64,000 bases of DNA from a virus. Of the stretch, positions 37,751-47,336 are shown one piece after another; position 1 is the first letter of the stretch, and each line of letters opens with the position of its first letter. The translations under genes and the position numbers were made by a program. The stretch spans positions 64,001 through 128,000 of the IMG/VR virus record IMGVR_UViG_3300007512_001547; one strand, written 5' to 3'. The notes under the pieces were generated by a model, which saw only the letters and a program-made list of their open reading frames with translations, was not told the DNA's origin and ran no database searches.

Positions 37751-38736
37751 TGACCCACATATTAGTTGATACAGCAAACACATTTTTTCGTGCTAGGCAT
37801 GTAATTAGAGGAGACACGTCTGAAAAAATAGGTATGGCTATCCATATCACTATGAACTCTATTAAAAAAGCATGGCAAGACTTTAACGGTACACACATGG
37901 TTTTCTGTTTAGAAGGACGTAGTTGGCGTAAAGACCACTATACTCCATACAAAAAAAATAGAAAAGAAGTGTTTGAAGCAATGACTGAAAAAGAGAAAGA
38001 TGAAAATAAAGTATTTTGGGAGTGTTATGATGATTTTATTGATTTTATTAAAACAAAAACCAATGTTACTGTATTACAAAACTCACGTTGCGAAGCAGAT
38101 GACTTAATTGCACGTTGGATTGATAAGCATCCAAACAAAAAACACGTAATTTTAAGTACTGACAAAGATCTAAATCAACTTGTAAGTGAAAATGTTAAGC
38201 AATACAACGGTATTACAGAAACCACTATTACACACGAAGGTTGGTTTGACGGAAAAGGAAATGAAATTATAGACAAGAAAACAAAAACACCAAAAGGAGC
38301 ACCAAATCCAGAGTGGATTATATTCGAAAAAAGTATGAGAGGCGATCCTAGTGATAATATTTTTAGTGCATACCCTGGTGTTAGAACAAAAGGCACTAAA
38401 AATAAAATAGGATTGCAAGAAGCATTTGCAGATCGTAATGAAAAAGGATATACTTGGAATAATATAATGTTATCTAAATGGGTTGATACAGAAGGTACTG
38501 AACATAGAGTAATAGACGATTACGAAAGAAACAAGTTATTAGTAGATCTTCACGCACAACCAGAAGCCATTGTAGAAGAACTAGATCAAACGATTACACA
38601 GGCTAAGGCAGAAAATAAAAGTATAGATCAAGTTGGAATCAGATTCATGAGGTTCTGTGCCAAGTATGATTTAAATAGAATTAGTGAGCAGGCTCAACTA
38701 TACGTAGAGCCCTTTAATGCGAGGTTAAGTGTATGA
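37750..38736 (+). CDS. rnh: 5'-3' exonuclease / T4 RNase H-like flap nuclease
   Basis: LVDTAN, EGRSWR, YKKNR, EADDLI, STDKD and GDPSDNI. Confidence 0.88.
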   Translation: MTHILVDTANTFFRARHVIRGDTSEKIGMAIHITMNSIKKAWQDFNGTHMVFCLEGRSWRKDHYTPYKKNRKEVFEAMTEKEKDENKVFWECYDDFIDFIKTKTNVTVLQNSRCEADDLIARWIDKHPNKKHVILSTDKDLNQLVSENVKQYNGITETTITHEGWFDGKGNEIIDKKTKTPKGAPNPEWIIFEKSMRGDPSDNIFSAYPGVRTKGTKNKIGLQEAFADRNEKGYTWNNIMLSKWVDTEGTEHRVIDDYERNKLLVDLHAQPEAIVEELDQTITQAKAENKSIDQVGIRFMRFCAKYDLNRISEQAQLYVEPFNARLSV

Positions 38737-39248
38737 CAATAAAAGCAAAAACACTTGTAAAAGACAAGTTTTGGATTGTTGAAGAACGCGGTCAAAAATT
38801 AGGTACCCTTCAAAAAAAAGAAGATAATGGTTGGATCTTTTTAAGTAAAAAAGATCATAGACAAGTGTTTCACACACAGGAGAGCCTGTTCACCAAATTT
38901 GGTTTTAATATTTTTAAAGAGAAAATTAAAGAAGTAGAAGAAAAGTCAGTTGATAAATGGGACGTAAAACAAGCACAAGATTTTGAAGTACATGGCTATC
39001 CATGTTCACAAAAACCTTATAATTCATTATGGGACGTACAAAAAAAATTACCTCTGTATACAAAAACACCAAAATCCAAATCAATGTTTTGTGCAGGTTA
39101 TTACATTGTAAAATTTGAAACTGTAAATTGGCGTAAAGCATACTGTCCAAAAATTATTACACTACAAAGGTATCCTTACAAAGGACCTATAAAATCAAAA
39201 ACTGAAATGGTATCACAACTAAATGACGCACTCAAAAATTCAAACTAA
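38733..39248 (+). CDS. hypothetical protein
   Basis: Coupled ORF. Confidence 0.7.
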   Translation: MTIKAKTLVKDKFWIVEERGQKLGTLQKKEDNGWIFLSKKDHRQVFHTQESLFTKFGFNIFKEKIKEVEEKSVDKWDVKQAQDFEVHGYPCSQKPYNSLWDVQKKLPLYTKTPKSKSMFCAGYYIVKFETVNWRKAYCPKIITLQRYPYKGPIKSKTEMVSQLNDALKNSN

Positions 39249-39471
39249 ACCAATTGAAGATTTGCTAGGTAGAATAAGAACCTTACGTCAAAAAGGTGAA
39301 CGTGAAATTAGGATACCAGCTAGTGAAGCTGACAAGTTAGCAGATTCTTTATCACAAGTCATGACAAGAATAGTCACTATTCAAGAAGAAATAATTGAAG
39401 CACTCAAAACTGCCAAAGAAGCACAAACGATCAATATTGAGATGGACGGTGGCGACTTTAATAAAAAATAG
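39223..39471 (+). CDS. hypothetical protein
   Basis: ORF in the operon. Confidence 0.65.
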   Translation: MTHSKIQTKPIEDLLGRIRTLRQKGEREIRIPASEADKLADSLSQVMTRIVTIQEEIIEALKTAKEAQTINIEMDGGDFNKK

Positions 39472-39502
39472 TAATACAATTATTGGTAAATATAGTTGTA
39501 TC

Positions 39503-39790
39503 ATGAGCAGGCCAAAACCAACAGTGTTACTACAGCACAGTAATAAAACTACCTATAAAATGGACGAAGTCCTTGCGGCTGAAGGCATATGGGCAGTTTT
39601 TTATGATGGTAAACCAATCAACTTAAAATCGTCAAGTTTGGTTGCGAATTATCCAGGACCAAAATACAAGAAAGTATCATTCTCTAATCCAGGCCATGCA
39701 GAGAATTTGGCTAAGAAGTTAAACACACAACACAACACCGATAAATTTGGTGTGTATCTTTTAAAAACTGGCGACAAATTCTCTAGATAA
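39503..39790 (+). CDS. hypothetical protein (start MSRPKP)
   Basis: Start moved to ATG 39503 to avoid the overlap; KYKKVSFSNPGHA. Confidence 0.7.
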   Translation: MSRPKPTVLLQHSNKTTYKMDEVLAAEGIWAVFYDGKPINLKSSSLVANYPGPKYKKVSFSNPGHAENLAKKLNTQHNTDKFGVYLLKTGDKFSR

Positions 39791-39798
39791 TTAAGTGT

Positions 39799-40194
39799 AT
39801 GGACACAAAGACAGCCTACACTCGAACCTTCCTTACACTCAAGGAACAACCATTACACGATGAAAGTATAAAAGCGGCTTATTTTAGTTGGTGGCAAAAT
39901 GTACGAGAAAGCTACCAAGCAAGATCACTGAGATTAACAAAAATAGGCTATGAATGTGTGAAATCCTTAGATATTAAAACCTATGAAATTAAATTTCCTG
40001 CTAAAATCATATTCAGACCACAAACATTTTTATGGTTAGATGAATTTGTTGACTGCCCATATTATGTAGACAAAAAGCAAATTGTTGTAACCATGGAAAA
40101 AATGGCATTACAACTCATGATGTTTGCTGGAGATGTAACAAAATACGGTTTAGCACGGGCTATGAGCAAGGCCGATGAGGGGAAAAATACGTGA
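39799..40194 (+). CDS. hypothetical protein
   Basis: LRLTKIG and CPYY motifs. Confidence 0.7.
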   Translation: MDTKTAYTRTFLTLKEQPLHDESIKAAYFSWWQNVRESYQARSLRLTKIGYECVKSLDIKTYEIKFPAKIIFRPQTFLWLDEFVDCPYYVDKKQIVVTMEKMALQLMMFAGDVTKYGLARAMSKADEGKNT

Positions 40195-41348
40195 ACCAAT
40201 ATTCATGTGAATTTATAGACAAAGGATTATTTGTTTCTCACAGAGGAACAAGTTTATGTTGTGTTAATGAACAAATCGAAAAACCAACGCAACTACCAAG
40301 CAAATTTTGGAATAGTAAAAAAAGACAACAAGCTATAATTAGAAGTCACAAAGATATGCCTGTCGATGGCTGTGCTTCTTGTTATAGACTTGAAAGTAAA
40401 AAGTTGCCAAGTAATAGGACAAGATTGAAAAAACACAATTCTCTTCCTACCAAAGATCTACCAGTACTTTTAGATTTAGATTTTAGCAATTTATGTAATT
40501 TAAAATGTATAATGTGCAATTCAGAACGTAGTTCTGAGTTGGCAAAAGACAAAAAACTATATGTAAACAATAAAGGAGTATCTCAAGTTTCTAAACAAGT
40601 TATAGATGACCTAATTAATATATCCGCAGAAGTAAAAGAAATTCAAATACAAGGTGGAGAACCTAGTATTATGGAAGATAACAATTATTATTTTCAAAGG
40701 CTTGACGAAAAAGGTTACTCAAAAAACATAACCGTATTGATTAACATAAATGGTACAAATTTAAATAAAAAATTTTGTAATTCTTTAAAAAATTTTAAAT
40801 CAGTTAGATTAAGTGTTAGCATAGACAGTTATGGGTTAGCAAACAACTATATTAGATGGCCTAGTAAATTTGAAGCAATTGATAAAAACGTTCGTGCATT
40901 AGCCAAATACAAAAATTTCCATACAGAAGTTTTTAGCACAATTAACGTATTATCTTTATTCGATTACAAAAACTTTTTATTTTGGTGTAAAGAAATGGAA
41001 TCATTTTATGCTACAAACGGAAAAACCTTTAGAGTTACACCATCAAAAATATTAAATCCAATTTATTATAGTCCATTTATTGCAACAAACAATCTTAAAG
41101 ATTACTTTATACACCAAATAAACGATTTTTTACAATATAATAATTTAACCCATAATAGCAAATGGAAATTAGAAATGTTAATGTTTTTAAAATCGTTAAA
41201 AGAAGCAAAAACAAACCATAATGCAATAAAACAATTAATGTATCAAGTAAAATACCTTGATGAGCAACGAAATACAAGCATTGAGCATTTTATTCCTAAT
41301 TTTTCTCTTCTTCTGGACAAAAATCCTAGTAAAATAGCGACTTTTTAG
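40191..41348 (+). CDS. Twitch/SPASM radical SAM protein (paralog 6)
   Basis: YSC..LCC..CASCY, CNLKCIMC and QGGEP; GTG start. Confidence 0.87.
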   Translation: MNQYSCEFIDKGLFVSHRGTSLCCVNEQIEKPTQLPSKFWNSKKRQQAIIRSHKDMPVDGCASCYRLESKKLPSNRTRLKKHNSLPTKDLPVLLDLDFSNLCNLKCIMCNSERSSELAKDKKLYVNNKGVSQVSKQVIDDLINISAEVKEIQIQGGEPSIMEDNNYYFQRLDEKGYSKNITVLININGTNLNKKFCNSLKNFKSVRLSVSIDSYGLANNYIRWPSKFEAIDKNVRALAKYKNFHTEVFSTINVLSLFDYKNFLFWCKEMESFYATNGKTFRVTPSKILNPIYYSPFIATNNLKDYFIHQINDFLQYNNLTHNSKWKLEMLMFLKSLKEAKTNHNAIKQLMYQVKYLDEQRNTSIEHFIPNFSLLLDKNPSKIATF

Positions 41349-41361
41349 CCATAATACCAGG

Positions 41362-41389
41362 TTGACGTATTACAATACTATGTTATTAT
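41362..41389 (+). promoter_or_regulatory. sigma70 early-type promoter
   Basis: TTGACG-16 bp-TATTAT with TGn extension; AGGAG SD before 41422. Confidence 0.55.
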
Positions 41390-41421
41390 AGTATTATAAA
41401 CATTTAAACAGGAGTGTACAA

Positions 41422-42525
41422 ATGGCAAGAACCAAAAACAAAGAACAAGCAATAGGCAGTCAAAATAGAACTGTAACGCCAAACGAGGCAAAATCAGCAT
41501 TAACACATTGTATCAAATTACAAAGACCAATAATGATGTGGGGGGCACCTGGTATTGGTAAATCCGACATAGTTAAACAAATTGCAGATTCACAAAAAAG
41601 AGAAGTTATCGATATTAGACTTCCTTTATGGGAACCTACAGATATTAAGGGTATTCCTTATTACAATTCAAAAGAAAACAACATGGTTTGGGCTAGTCCT
41701 GCAGAACTGCCAACTGATCTTAAATCGACTGCTATTGTATTCTTAGATGAATTGAACTCAGCGGCACCGGCAGTACAAGCGGCGGCTTATCAACTTATTT
41801 TAAACAGAAGAGTAGGACAATATCATTTGCCAGAAGGCGTTTCAATTGTAGCGGCTGGTAATAGAGATAGTGATAAAGGTGTCACTTACAGAATGCCTGC
41901 TCCGTTAGCCAACAGATTTGTTCACATTGAACTAAGAGTGGACTATGACGATTGGTTACAATGGGCAACAGACAAACATATCCATTCTGATGTGGTAGGT
42001 TATTGCACATTCGCAAAACAAGATTTATATGATTTTGATCCTAAAGGATCAAGTAGATCATTCGCAACTCCGAGATCATGGAGTTTCGTATCACAACTTC
42101 TATCAGATGACCTGCCAGAAAGTACGCTCACTGACCTCGTTGCAGGTTGCGTAGGAGAAGGCCTGGCCGTTAAGTTTATGAATCATCGTAAGGTTAGCGG
42201 TCAGTTACCTAACCCATCTGATATATTGAGCGGTAAGGTTAAAGATCTTAAAACTAAAGAAATATCAGCGATGTATTCACTTACAGTTTCGTTGTGTTAT
42301 GAATTACAACAGGCACATGAAAAGAAAGTGAAAAATTGGAACGAACAAGCAGATAGATTTTTTCACTATATGATGGACAACTTTGAAACAGAGTTGGTTG
42401 TTATGGGTGCTAAAATTGCACTGACAAACTATAAACTTCCGTTCGATCCTAGCAAGTTGAAATCATTTGATAGGTTCCATAAGAAGTTTGGCAAGTATGT
42501 CATAACTGCTATGGAGTCTAAATAA
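41422..42525 (+). CDS. MoxR-like AAA+ ATPase
   Basis: WGAPGIGKS, FLDE, AAGN, ANRF and TPRSW. Confidence 0.9.
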   Translation: MARTKNKEQAIGSQNRTVTPNEAKSALTHCIKLQRPIMMWGAPGIGKSDIVKQIADSQKREVIDIRLPLWEPTDIKGIPYYNSKENNMVWASPAELPTDLKSTAIVFLDELNSAAPAVQAAAYQLILNRRVGQYHLPEGVSIVAAGNRDSDKGVTYRMPAPLANRFVHIELRVDYDDWLQWATDKHIHSDVVGYCTFAKQDLYDFDPKGSSRSFATPRSWSFVSQLLSDDLPESTLTDLVAGCVGEGLAVKFMNHRKVSGQLPNPSDILSGKVKDLKTKEISAMYSLTVSLCYELQQAHEKKVKNWNEQADRFFHYMMDNFETELVVMGAKIALTNYKLPFDPSKLKSFDRFHKKFGKYVITAMESK

Positions 42526-43241
42526 TGTATTACCGAGGACCAATAGATTATAAAAAAAGTAAAAATTTTTCAAATAATGATGAATGTATTTGGATAGTAT
42601 ATCCTCCGGGTGCAGGAGGAGATTTACTTGCAACAATAATTAATTATCATTATTTAGAAACAGGTTCTTCATTTTTTGGAATAAGTGATCGAGGAAAAGT
42701 TATGTTTTCTCCTACTGATGGAAAAACTGCTGGATTAGAAGTTGAAGGTACTATTATCTTTAATAAACAACTAATCCATGACATTAATAACGAAATTGGA
42801 AAAAATACATTATCATATAATATGTTAGATATGGTTCTATTTTCTAATCATAATTGGAGAGATTGCGTTGTTGAAAACATATTATCTTTTTTTAAAAAAG
42901 CAAAAATAATAAGAATACTACCAAAAAATAAAAATGAAGCAGAGATTATTAAATGGCTGAGTATGTTTAAAAACCTATCTAAAAACCTATCATTTGATGA
43001 TGATATAATAAAACAAGTCTCATTTGAAAAATTTAAAACTAATTTACAAGATGAAAGATTATTTGAAATAAAATTTCATGAGTTATTAAATAAAAAAAAA
43101 TTTGAGAACGTTTATACAAGATTAATAAAATATTTAAATCTACCGTGCAAATTAATTAGTTTTGATTTTATAGAATTTTGGTTAAGTAACCAACATCCAA
43201 CAATTAGAAAAAATTTAACTAGTATGGAGTCTAAATAATGT
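42510..43241 (+). repeat. 19-bp direct repeat TATGGAGTCTAAATAATGT flanking an inserted gene (42510-42528 and 43223-43241)
   Basis: Exact match in both copies; both upstream ORFs end MESK*. Confidence 0.9.
42525..43238 (+). CDS. accessory protein with sulfotransferase-like N-terminal loop
   Basis: IVYPPGAGGDLLATII; K/I/N-rich; bracketed by the direct repeat. Confidence 0.65.
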   Translation: MYYRGPIDYKKSKNFSNNDECIWIVYPPGAGGDLLATIINYHYLETGSSFFGISDRGKVMFSPTDGKTAGLEVEGTIIFNKQLIHDINNEIGKNTLSYNMLDMVLFSNHNWRDCVVENILSFFKKAKIIRILPKNKNEAEIIKWLSMFKNLSKNLSFDDDIIKQVSFEKFKTNLQDERLFEIKFHELLNKKKFENVYTRLIKYLNLPCKLISFDFIEFWLSNQHPTIRKNLTSMESK

Positions 43242-44473
43242 CAGACTACCATAATCAAAAAATCATAGACAAACTAGTGACAGCGAGGATTGCCTTACTA
43301 TTGAAACACCCTTTCTTTGGCAACCTTGCTACTAGATTGAAACTTGTGAATGCAGATGATTGGTGTCCTACTGCTGGTACAGATGGTAGATACTTTTATT
43401 ACAATACAAAATTTATAGATTCACTTACACCAAAAGAAGCAGAGTTCTTATTTGGTCATGAAGTTCTACATAATGTATTTGAACATATGTTAGTTAGAAT
43501 TGGAAATAGAGATCCACAACTTTGGAACATAGCGGCAGACTATGCCGTTAACCAAATACTTGTTGACGGAAAAATTGGAGAAATGCCAAAGGGTAAAAAA
43601 GGTGAGAACAAAGGCTTCCAAGATGAAAAATACAAGGATTGGCCAGCAGAAAGAATATATGATGACATCTATAAACAAGCCAAAAAGAATGGTAAGAAGA
43701 TGTTAGACAAATTAGGTAAACTTATGGACGAACACGTTGATTGGGGCAAAGAGCCAGGATCAGGTGGAAAAGGAAAAGATAAAAACGGAAAAGGAAAACA
43801 ACCAGTTTATTCTAAAGAAGAATTAAAAAAAATCAGAGACGAAGTAAAAGAAGCAATGGTGAGTGCCGCACAATCTACAGGTGCAGGTAACTTACCGGGG
43901 GCTTTACAAAGATTAGTTGCTGACTTAACAGAACCAAAAATGGATTGGAGAGAAATACTTCAACAACAAATTATGAGTACAATTAAATCAGATTATACCT
44001 GGATGAGACCTAGTAGAAAATCATGGCACACATCTGCTATACTACCAGGACAAAACAATGACGAAATGATTGATATATGTTTGGCTCTTGATGCTTCTGG
44101 TTCGATAAGCAATGAACAATGTAAAGAATTTTTGACAGAAGTAAAAAACATAATGGATCAATACAAAGATTTTAGAATACATCTTTGGACTTTTGACACA
44201 GAAGTTTTTAATCCAAAAGTGTTTACACCAGATAATGCAGATGAATTATTAGATTATAAATTAGGTTCAGGTGGTGGTACAGAGTTTGAATGTAATTGGG
44301 ATTATATGAAAAGAGAAGGTATAGAACCTAAAAAATTTATAATGTTTACAGATGGTTGGCCATTTAATAGTTGGGGAGATGAAACTTATTGTGATACAAT
44401 ATTTTTAATTAATAACCCATACGAAAGAGGAATAGAAGCACCATTTGGAATGACTGTACAATACAATGACTAA
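43238..44473 (+). CDS. metallopeptidase-like + VWA domain protein (DUF2201-like)
   Basis: TAGTDG, HEVLH (HExxH), DASGS MIDAS, GGGTEF and FTDG. Confidence 0.88.
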   Translation: MSDYHNQKIIDKLVTARIALLLKHPFFGNLATRLKLVNADDWCPTAGTDGRYFYYNTKFIDSLTPKEAEFLFGHEVLHNVFEHMLVRIGNRDPQLWNIAADYAVNQILVDGKIGEMPKGKKGENKGFQDEKYKDWPAERIYDDIYKQAKKNGKKMLDKLGKLMDEHVDWGKEPGSGGKGKDKNGKGKQPVYSKEELKKIRDEVKEAMVSAAQSTGAGNLPGALQRLVADLTEPKMDWREILQQQIMSTIKSDYTWMRPSRKSWHTSAILPGQNNDEMIDICLALDASGSISNEQCKEFLTEVKNIMDQYKDFRIHLWTFDTEVFNPKVFTPDNADELLDYKLGSGGGTEFECNWDYMKREGIEPKKFIMFTDGWPFNSWGDETYCDTIFLINNPYERGIEAPFGMTVQYND

Positions 44474-44771
44474 TATGCTTTACCAAACTATAACCCCAGG
44501 CTTATATGCACAAATAAATATTTGCATGATTAAAACAGCCAAAGAACATTTAGAAAATAGTAAAATGAATTATCAAAAACATTTTACTCATTCATTATAC
44601 AATGCTTATCTATTAACAATAATCGTTTTTAGTTCTGTTATCCATGCATTCTTTCCTATGGTGTTAAGACAACATGCCGCTAGAGGAGTTGTAAGAATTT
44701 ATAATTCTATGAAAAAACATGCACACCTAAGAAAAATGATTAATGATGAGAGCAAAAATGTTAAAGATTAA
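44466..44771 (+). CDS. DUF6356-like small protein
   Basis: YQKHFTHSL...VIHAFFP pattern. Confidence 0.45.
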   Translation: MTNMLYQTITPGLYAQINICMIKTAKEHLENSKMNYQKHFTHSLYNAYLLTIIVFSSVIHAFFPMVLRQHAARGVVRIYNSMKKHAHLRKMINDESKNVKD

Positions 44772-45027
44772 TCCAAAAAACTTTTACCAAAGAGAATTAC
44801 ATATATTACCACCACATTTTGTTAATACTGTAATAAAAGCAACTGAATACGATGTTGAGAACATACGAACATGGATTTATGAACATTGTTCAGGTAGATA
44901 TTCAATTACCAATGATATAATAACATACAACGACAAAACTAAACCTGTTACTGTTTTTGGATTTGAAAACCCAGGTGATCTTACTCTATTTGCGTTAAGC
45001 GGTCTAGCTCAAAACAATCAAAAATAA
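44743..45027 (+). CDS. hypothetical protein
   Basis: ORF in the operon. Confidence 0.65.
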   Translation: MMRAKMLKINPKNFYQRELHILPPHFVNTVIKATEYDVENIRTWIYEHCSGRYSITNDIITYNDKTKPVTVFGFENPGDLTLFALSGLAQNNQK

Positions 45028-45030
45028 CTA

Positions 45031-45059
45031 TTGCATTTGATAATTAATTTTAGTATAAT
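45031..45059 (+). promoter_or_regulatory. sigma70 promoter
   Basis: TTGCAT-17 bp-TATAAT; AGGAG SD before 45104. Confidence 0.55.
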
Positions 45060-45103
45060 ATATGTATATTAAATAACTAATTGCAATTAGGAGAAATACA
45101 AAA

Positions 45104-45412
45104 ATGGCAACAAAAAAGAGAACTTTAAAAAAGCCAACAACTGCCACTACAAAGGCACCAACAGAAACGGCTACAGCTAATTCGGCACCAGCAGGTGGAC
45201 CACAACCAGATCCTAATGCTTTATCAATTGGCGACTTAAAAAATCTTTCATCAATACTTGATGTAGCATCTACAAGAGGTGCATTCAAGGCTGGAGAAAT
45301 GGCAGGTGTAGGATTTTTATATAACAAACTTCAGGCGTTCTTAGCCAAAGTGGCACCACCTGAACCTGCGAAAGAAGCAGAACCTACAACAACAGGCACA
45401 GGAGGAAAATAA
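45104..45412 (+). CDS. hypothetical protein
   Basis: T/A/P-rich termini with core ASTRGAFKAGEM. Confidence 0.7.
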   Translation: MATKKRTLKKPTTATTKAPTETATANSAPAGGPQPDPNALSIGDLKNLSSILDVASTRGAFKAGEMAGVGFLYNKLQAFLAKVAPPEPAKEAEPTTTGTGGK

Positions 45413-45413
45413 T

Positions 45414-45962
45414 ATGCCACTAGTAAATGTAAACAACCAGGCTATGCCAATGGATAGTGGAACAGGTAAACCTGGAGAAGGACAAACAGGTCCGAGAAGA
45501 CACTTCAAACATATTGGAGAACTTGCGGATGAAAGTAAGGCAAAGGTAGTAATTGTTTATAGAACTGTACCAGGTGAACCAAATAACTGTTTGATAGTAG
45601 GTACAAAATTTTTACCTGACCTATACCACAATGCACTAATGAGAGCAGTAGAATCAGATGGTGGGCAAGACGCAAAAGAACTAGGTGAATTTTTAGGCAG
45701 ACAAACATTTCCAGATGGAACTAATATGTTGGCCGTATTACATAATGACAACTATATTAAAAAGTTTACAACTAAAGAGATTATAGTTACTTTTGGAAAT
45801 ACTGTAGAAGGTAGAATTGCACTAAACAAATTAAACGAACAAATGGCAAGAGATCTAGGTGTTAAAGTATCTGAATTAGCAGTCAAAGACGAAACACCAG
45901 TTACGGCTGAAGCGGCTACTACTAAAAAAGCAGATGCCAAAAAAACTACCGCCAAAAAATAG
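45414..45962 (+). CDS. hypothetical protein
   Basis: GGAGG SD; FKHIGE motif. Confidence 0.7.
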   Translation: MPLVNVNNQAMPMDSGTGKPGEGQTGPRRHFKHIGELADESKAKVVIVYRTVPGEPNNCLIVGTKFLPDLYHNALMRAVESDGGQDAKELGEFLGRQTFPDGTNMLAVLHNDNYIKKFTTKEIIVTFGNTVEGRIALNKLNEQMARDLGVKVSELAVKDETPVTAEAATTKKADAKKTTAKK

Positions 45963-46278
45963 TAGTTGGGTACAATTAACAAAAGATTTTGTTAAGGAAT
46001 GGCCCGAGATTCTTGAAGGATTACACTTCAAGAATATGCCCGTCAAATATCTACTTTACTGCAATATTAATCTTAAAAATCATATAACGATACATTATGA
46101 TATTAAAAAAGAATTAAAAATTAAAAGTCAAGATTCTATAGCACGTTTTCTTAAAAAAACAATTGAAGCAAATTACTTTAAAATTAAAAATGTAGATTTG
46201 AAATTTGATATTCCTGCACTAAAACGTGATATGGAATCACGAACAAATACAATATTAGCAAAAACTTTTAAGAAATAA
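45934..46278 (+). CDS. hypothetical protein
   Basis: ORF filling the gap up to the aminotransferase. Confidence 0.6.
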   Translation: MPKKLPPKNSSWVQLTKDFVKEWPEILEGLHFKNMPVKYLLYCNINLKNHITIHYDIKKELKIKSQDSIARFLKKTIEANYFKIKNVDLKFDIPALKRDMESRTNTILAKTFKK

Positions 46279-47336
46279 TGATAGCACTATCTGGTTTTGG
46301 CTACGAAAGAAAGCTAAAAAATCCATCTAAGGCATTTGCCGAAACATGGAAGTCTAAAAGTTTTATCAACGGGCCTGCTGTAAAAGAATTTGAAAAGCAG
46401 TTTGCTCAATACTGTGGCACAAATCATTGTGTTGCAGTAAGTTCATGCACATCTGCACTACACTTATCACTTCTAGCCTTAGGTATTGGACCAGGAGACG
46501 AAGTTATTACTGTACCATACACTTGGGTCAGTACAGTTGAGGTTATAAAACAAGTAGGCGCCACACCAGTATTTGCTGACATAAGTCTTAATGATATGTG
46601 TATAGATCCAAAGGAAGTCGCTAAAAAAATAAACAATAAAACTAAAGCAATCATTGGTGTAGATCTTTATGGAAATGTATGCGATATAGACGAATTAAAA
46701 AAGTTTAATGTTCCAGTTATACAAGATTCTGCACAAAGCACAGGTGCTTTTTATAAAAGCAAAAGAGTGGGTAGTGTTGCTGACTTAACTTGTTTTAGTT
46801 TCTATCCTACAAAAAATTTAAGTTGTTGGGGAGATGCGGGTGCTGTCACAGGCAATGAAAAATATTTAAAAACAATCAGGCAATTGAGAAACCATGGTCA
46901 GTCTACTAGATTTAAAATGCATATGGTTGGATGGAATGCAAGAATGGATTCGATACAAGCAGAAGTGCTTCTTAACAAACTACCAGAATTAGACAAACAC
47001 AATGCCAGACGTAGAGCAAATGCTACACTGTACAATGGAACCCTATGGAAGTCTGTGGAAATACCAGTCCAAAATATTAACAGTTTACACGTCTATCATC
47101 AATACATAATAAAACATAAAAAAATTAACAACATCGAAAAGGCTTTACTAGGCAAGGGAATACAGTCTAGAAGATACTATCCAACACCTTTACACAAAAC
47201 AGAAACATACAAAGATGAAAATTCTTATCCAAATTCTGAATATTGTAGCAGTAATGCATTGGCAATTCCTGTACATCAATATTTGACAGATAGCGAAGTT
47301 AAAACTATAATAAAAACTATTAAAGAAGCAACATGA
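46278..47336 (+). CDS. DegT/DnrJ/EryC1/StrS PLP sugar aminotransferase
   Basis: SSCTSAL, DSAQS, SFYPTKNL (PLP Lys) and GDAGAV. Confidence 0.93.
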   Translation: MIALSGFGYERKLKNPSKAFAETWKSKSFINGPAVKEFEKQFAQYCGTNHCVAVSSCTSALHLSLLALGIGPGDEVITVPYTWVSTVEVIKQVGATPVFADISLNDMCIDPKEVAKKINNKTKAIIGVDLYGNVCDIDELKKFNVPVIQDSAQSTGAFYKSKRVGSVADLTCFSFYPTKNLSCWGDAGAVTGNEKYLKTIRQLRNHGQSTRFKMHMVGWNARMDSIQAEVLLNKLPELDKHNARRRANATLYNGTLWKSVEIPVQNINSLHVYHQYIIKHKKINNIEKALLGKGIQSRRYYPTPLHKTETYKDENSYPNSEYCSSNALAIPVHQYLTDSEVKTIIKTIKEAT

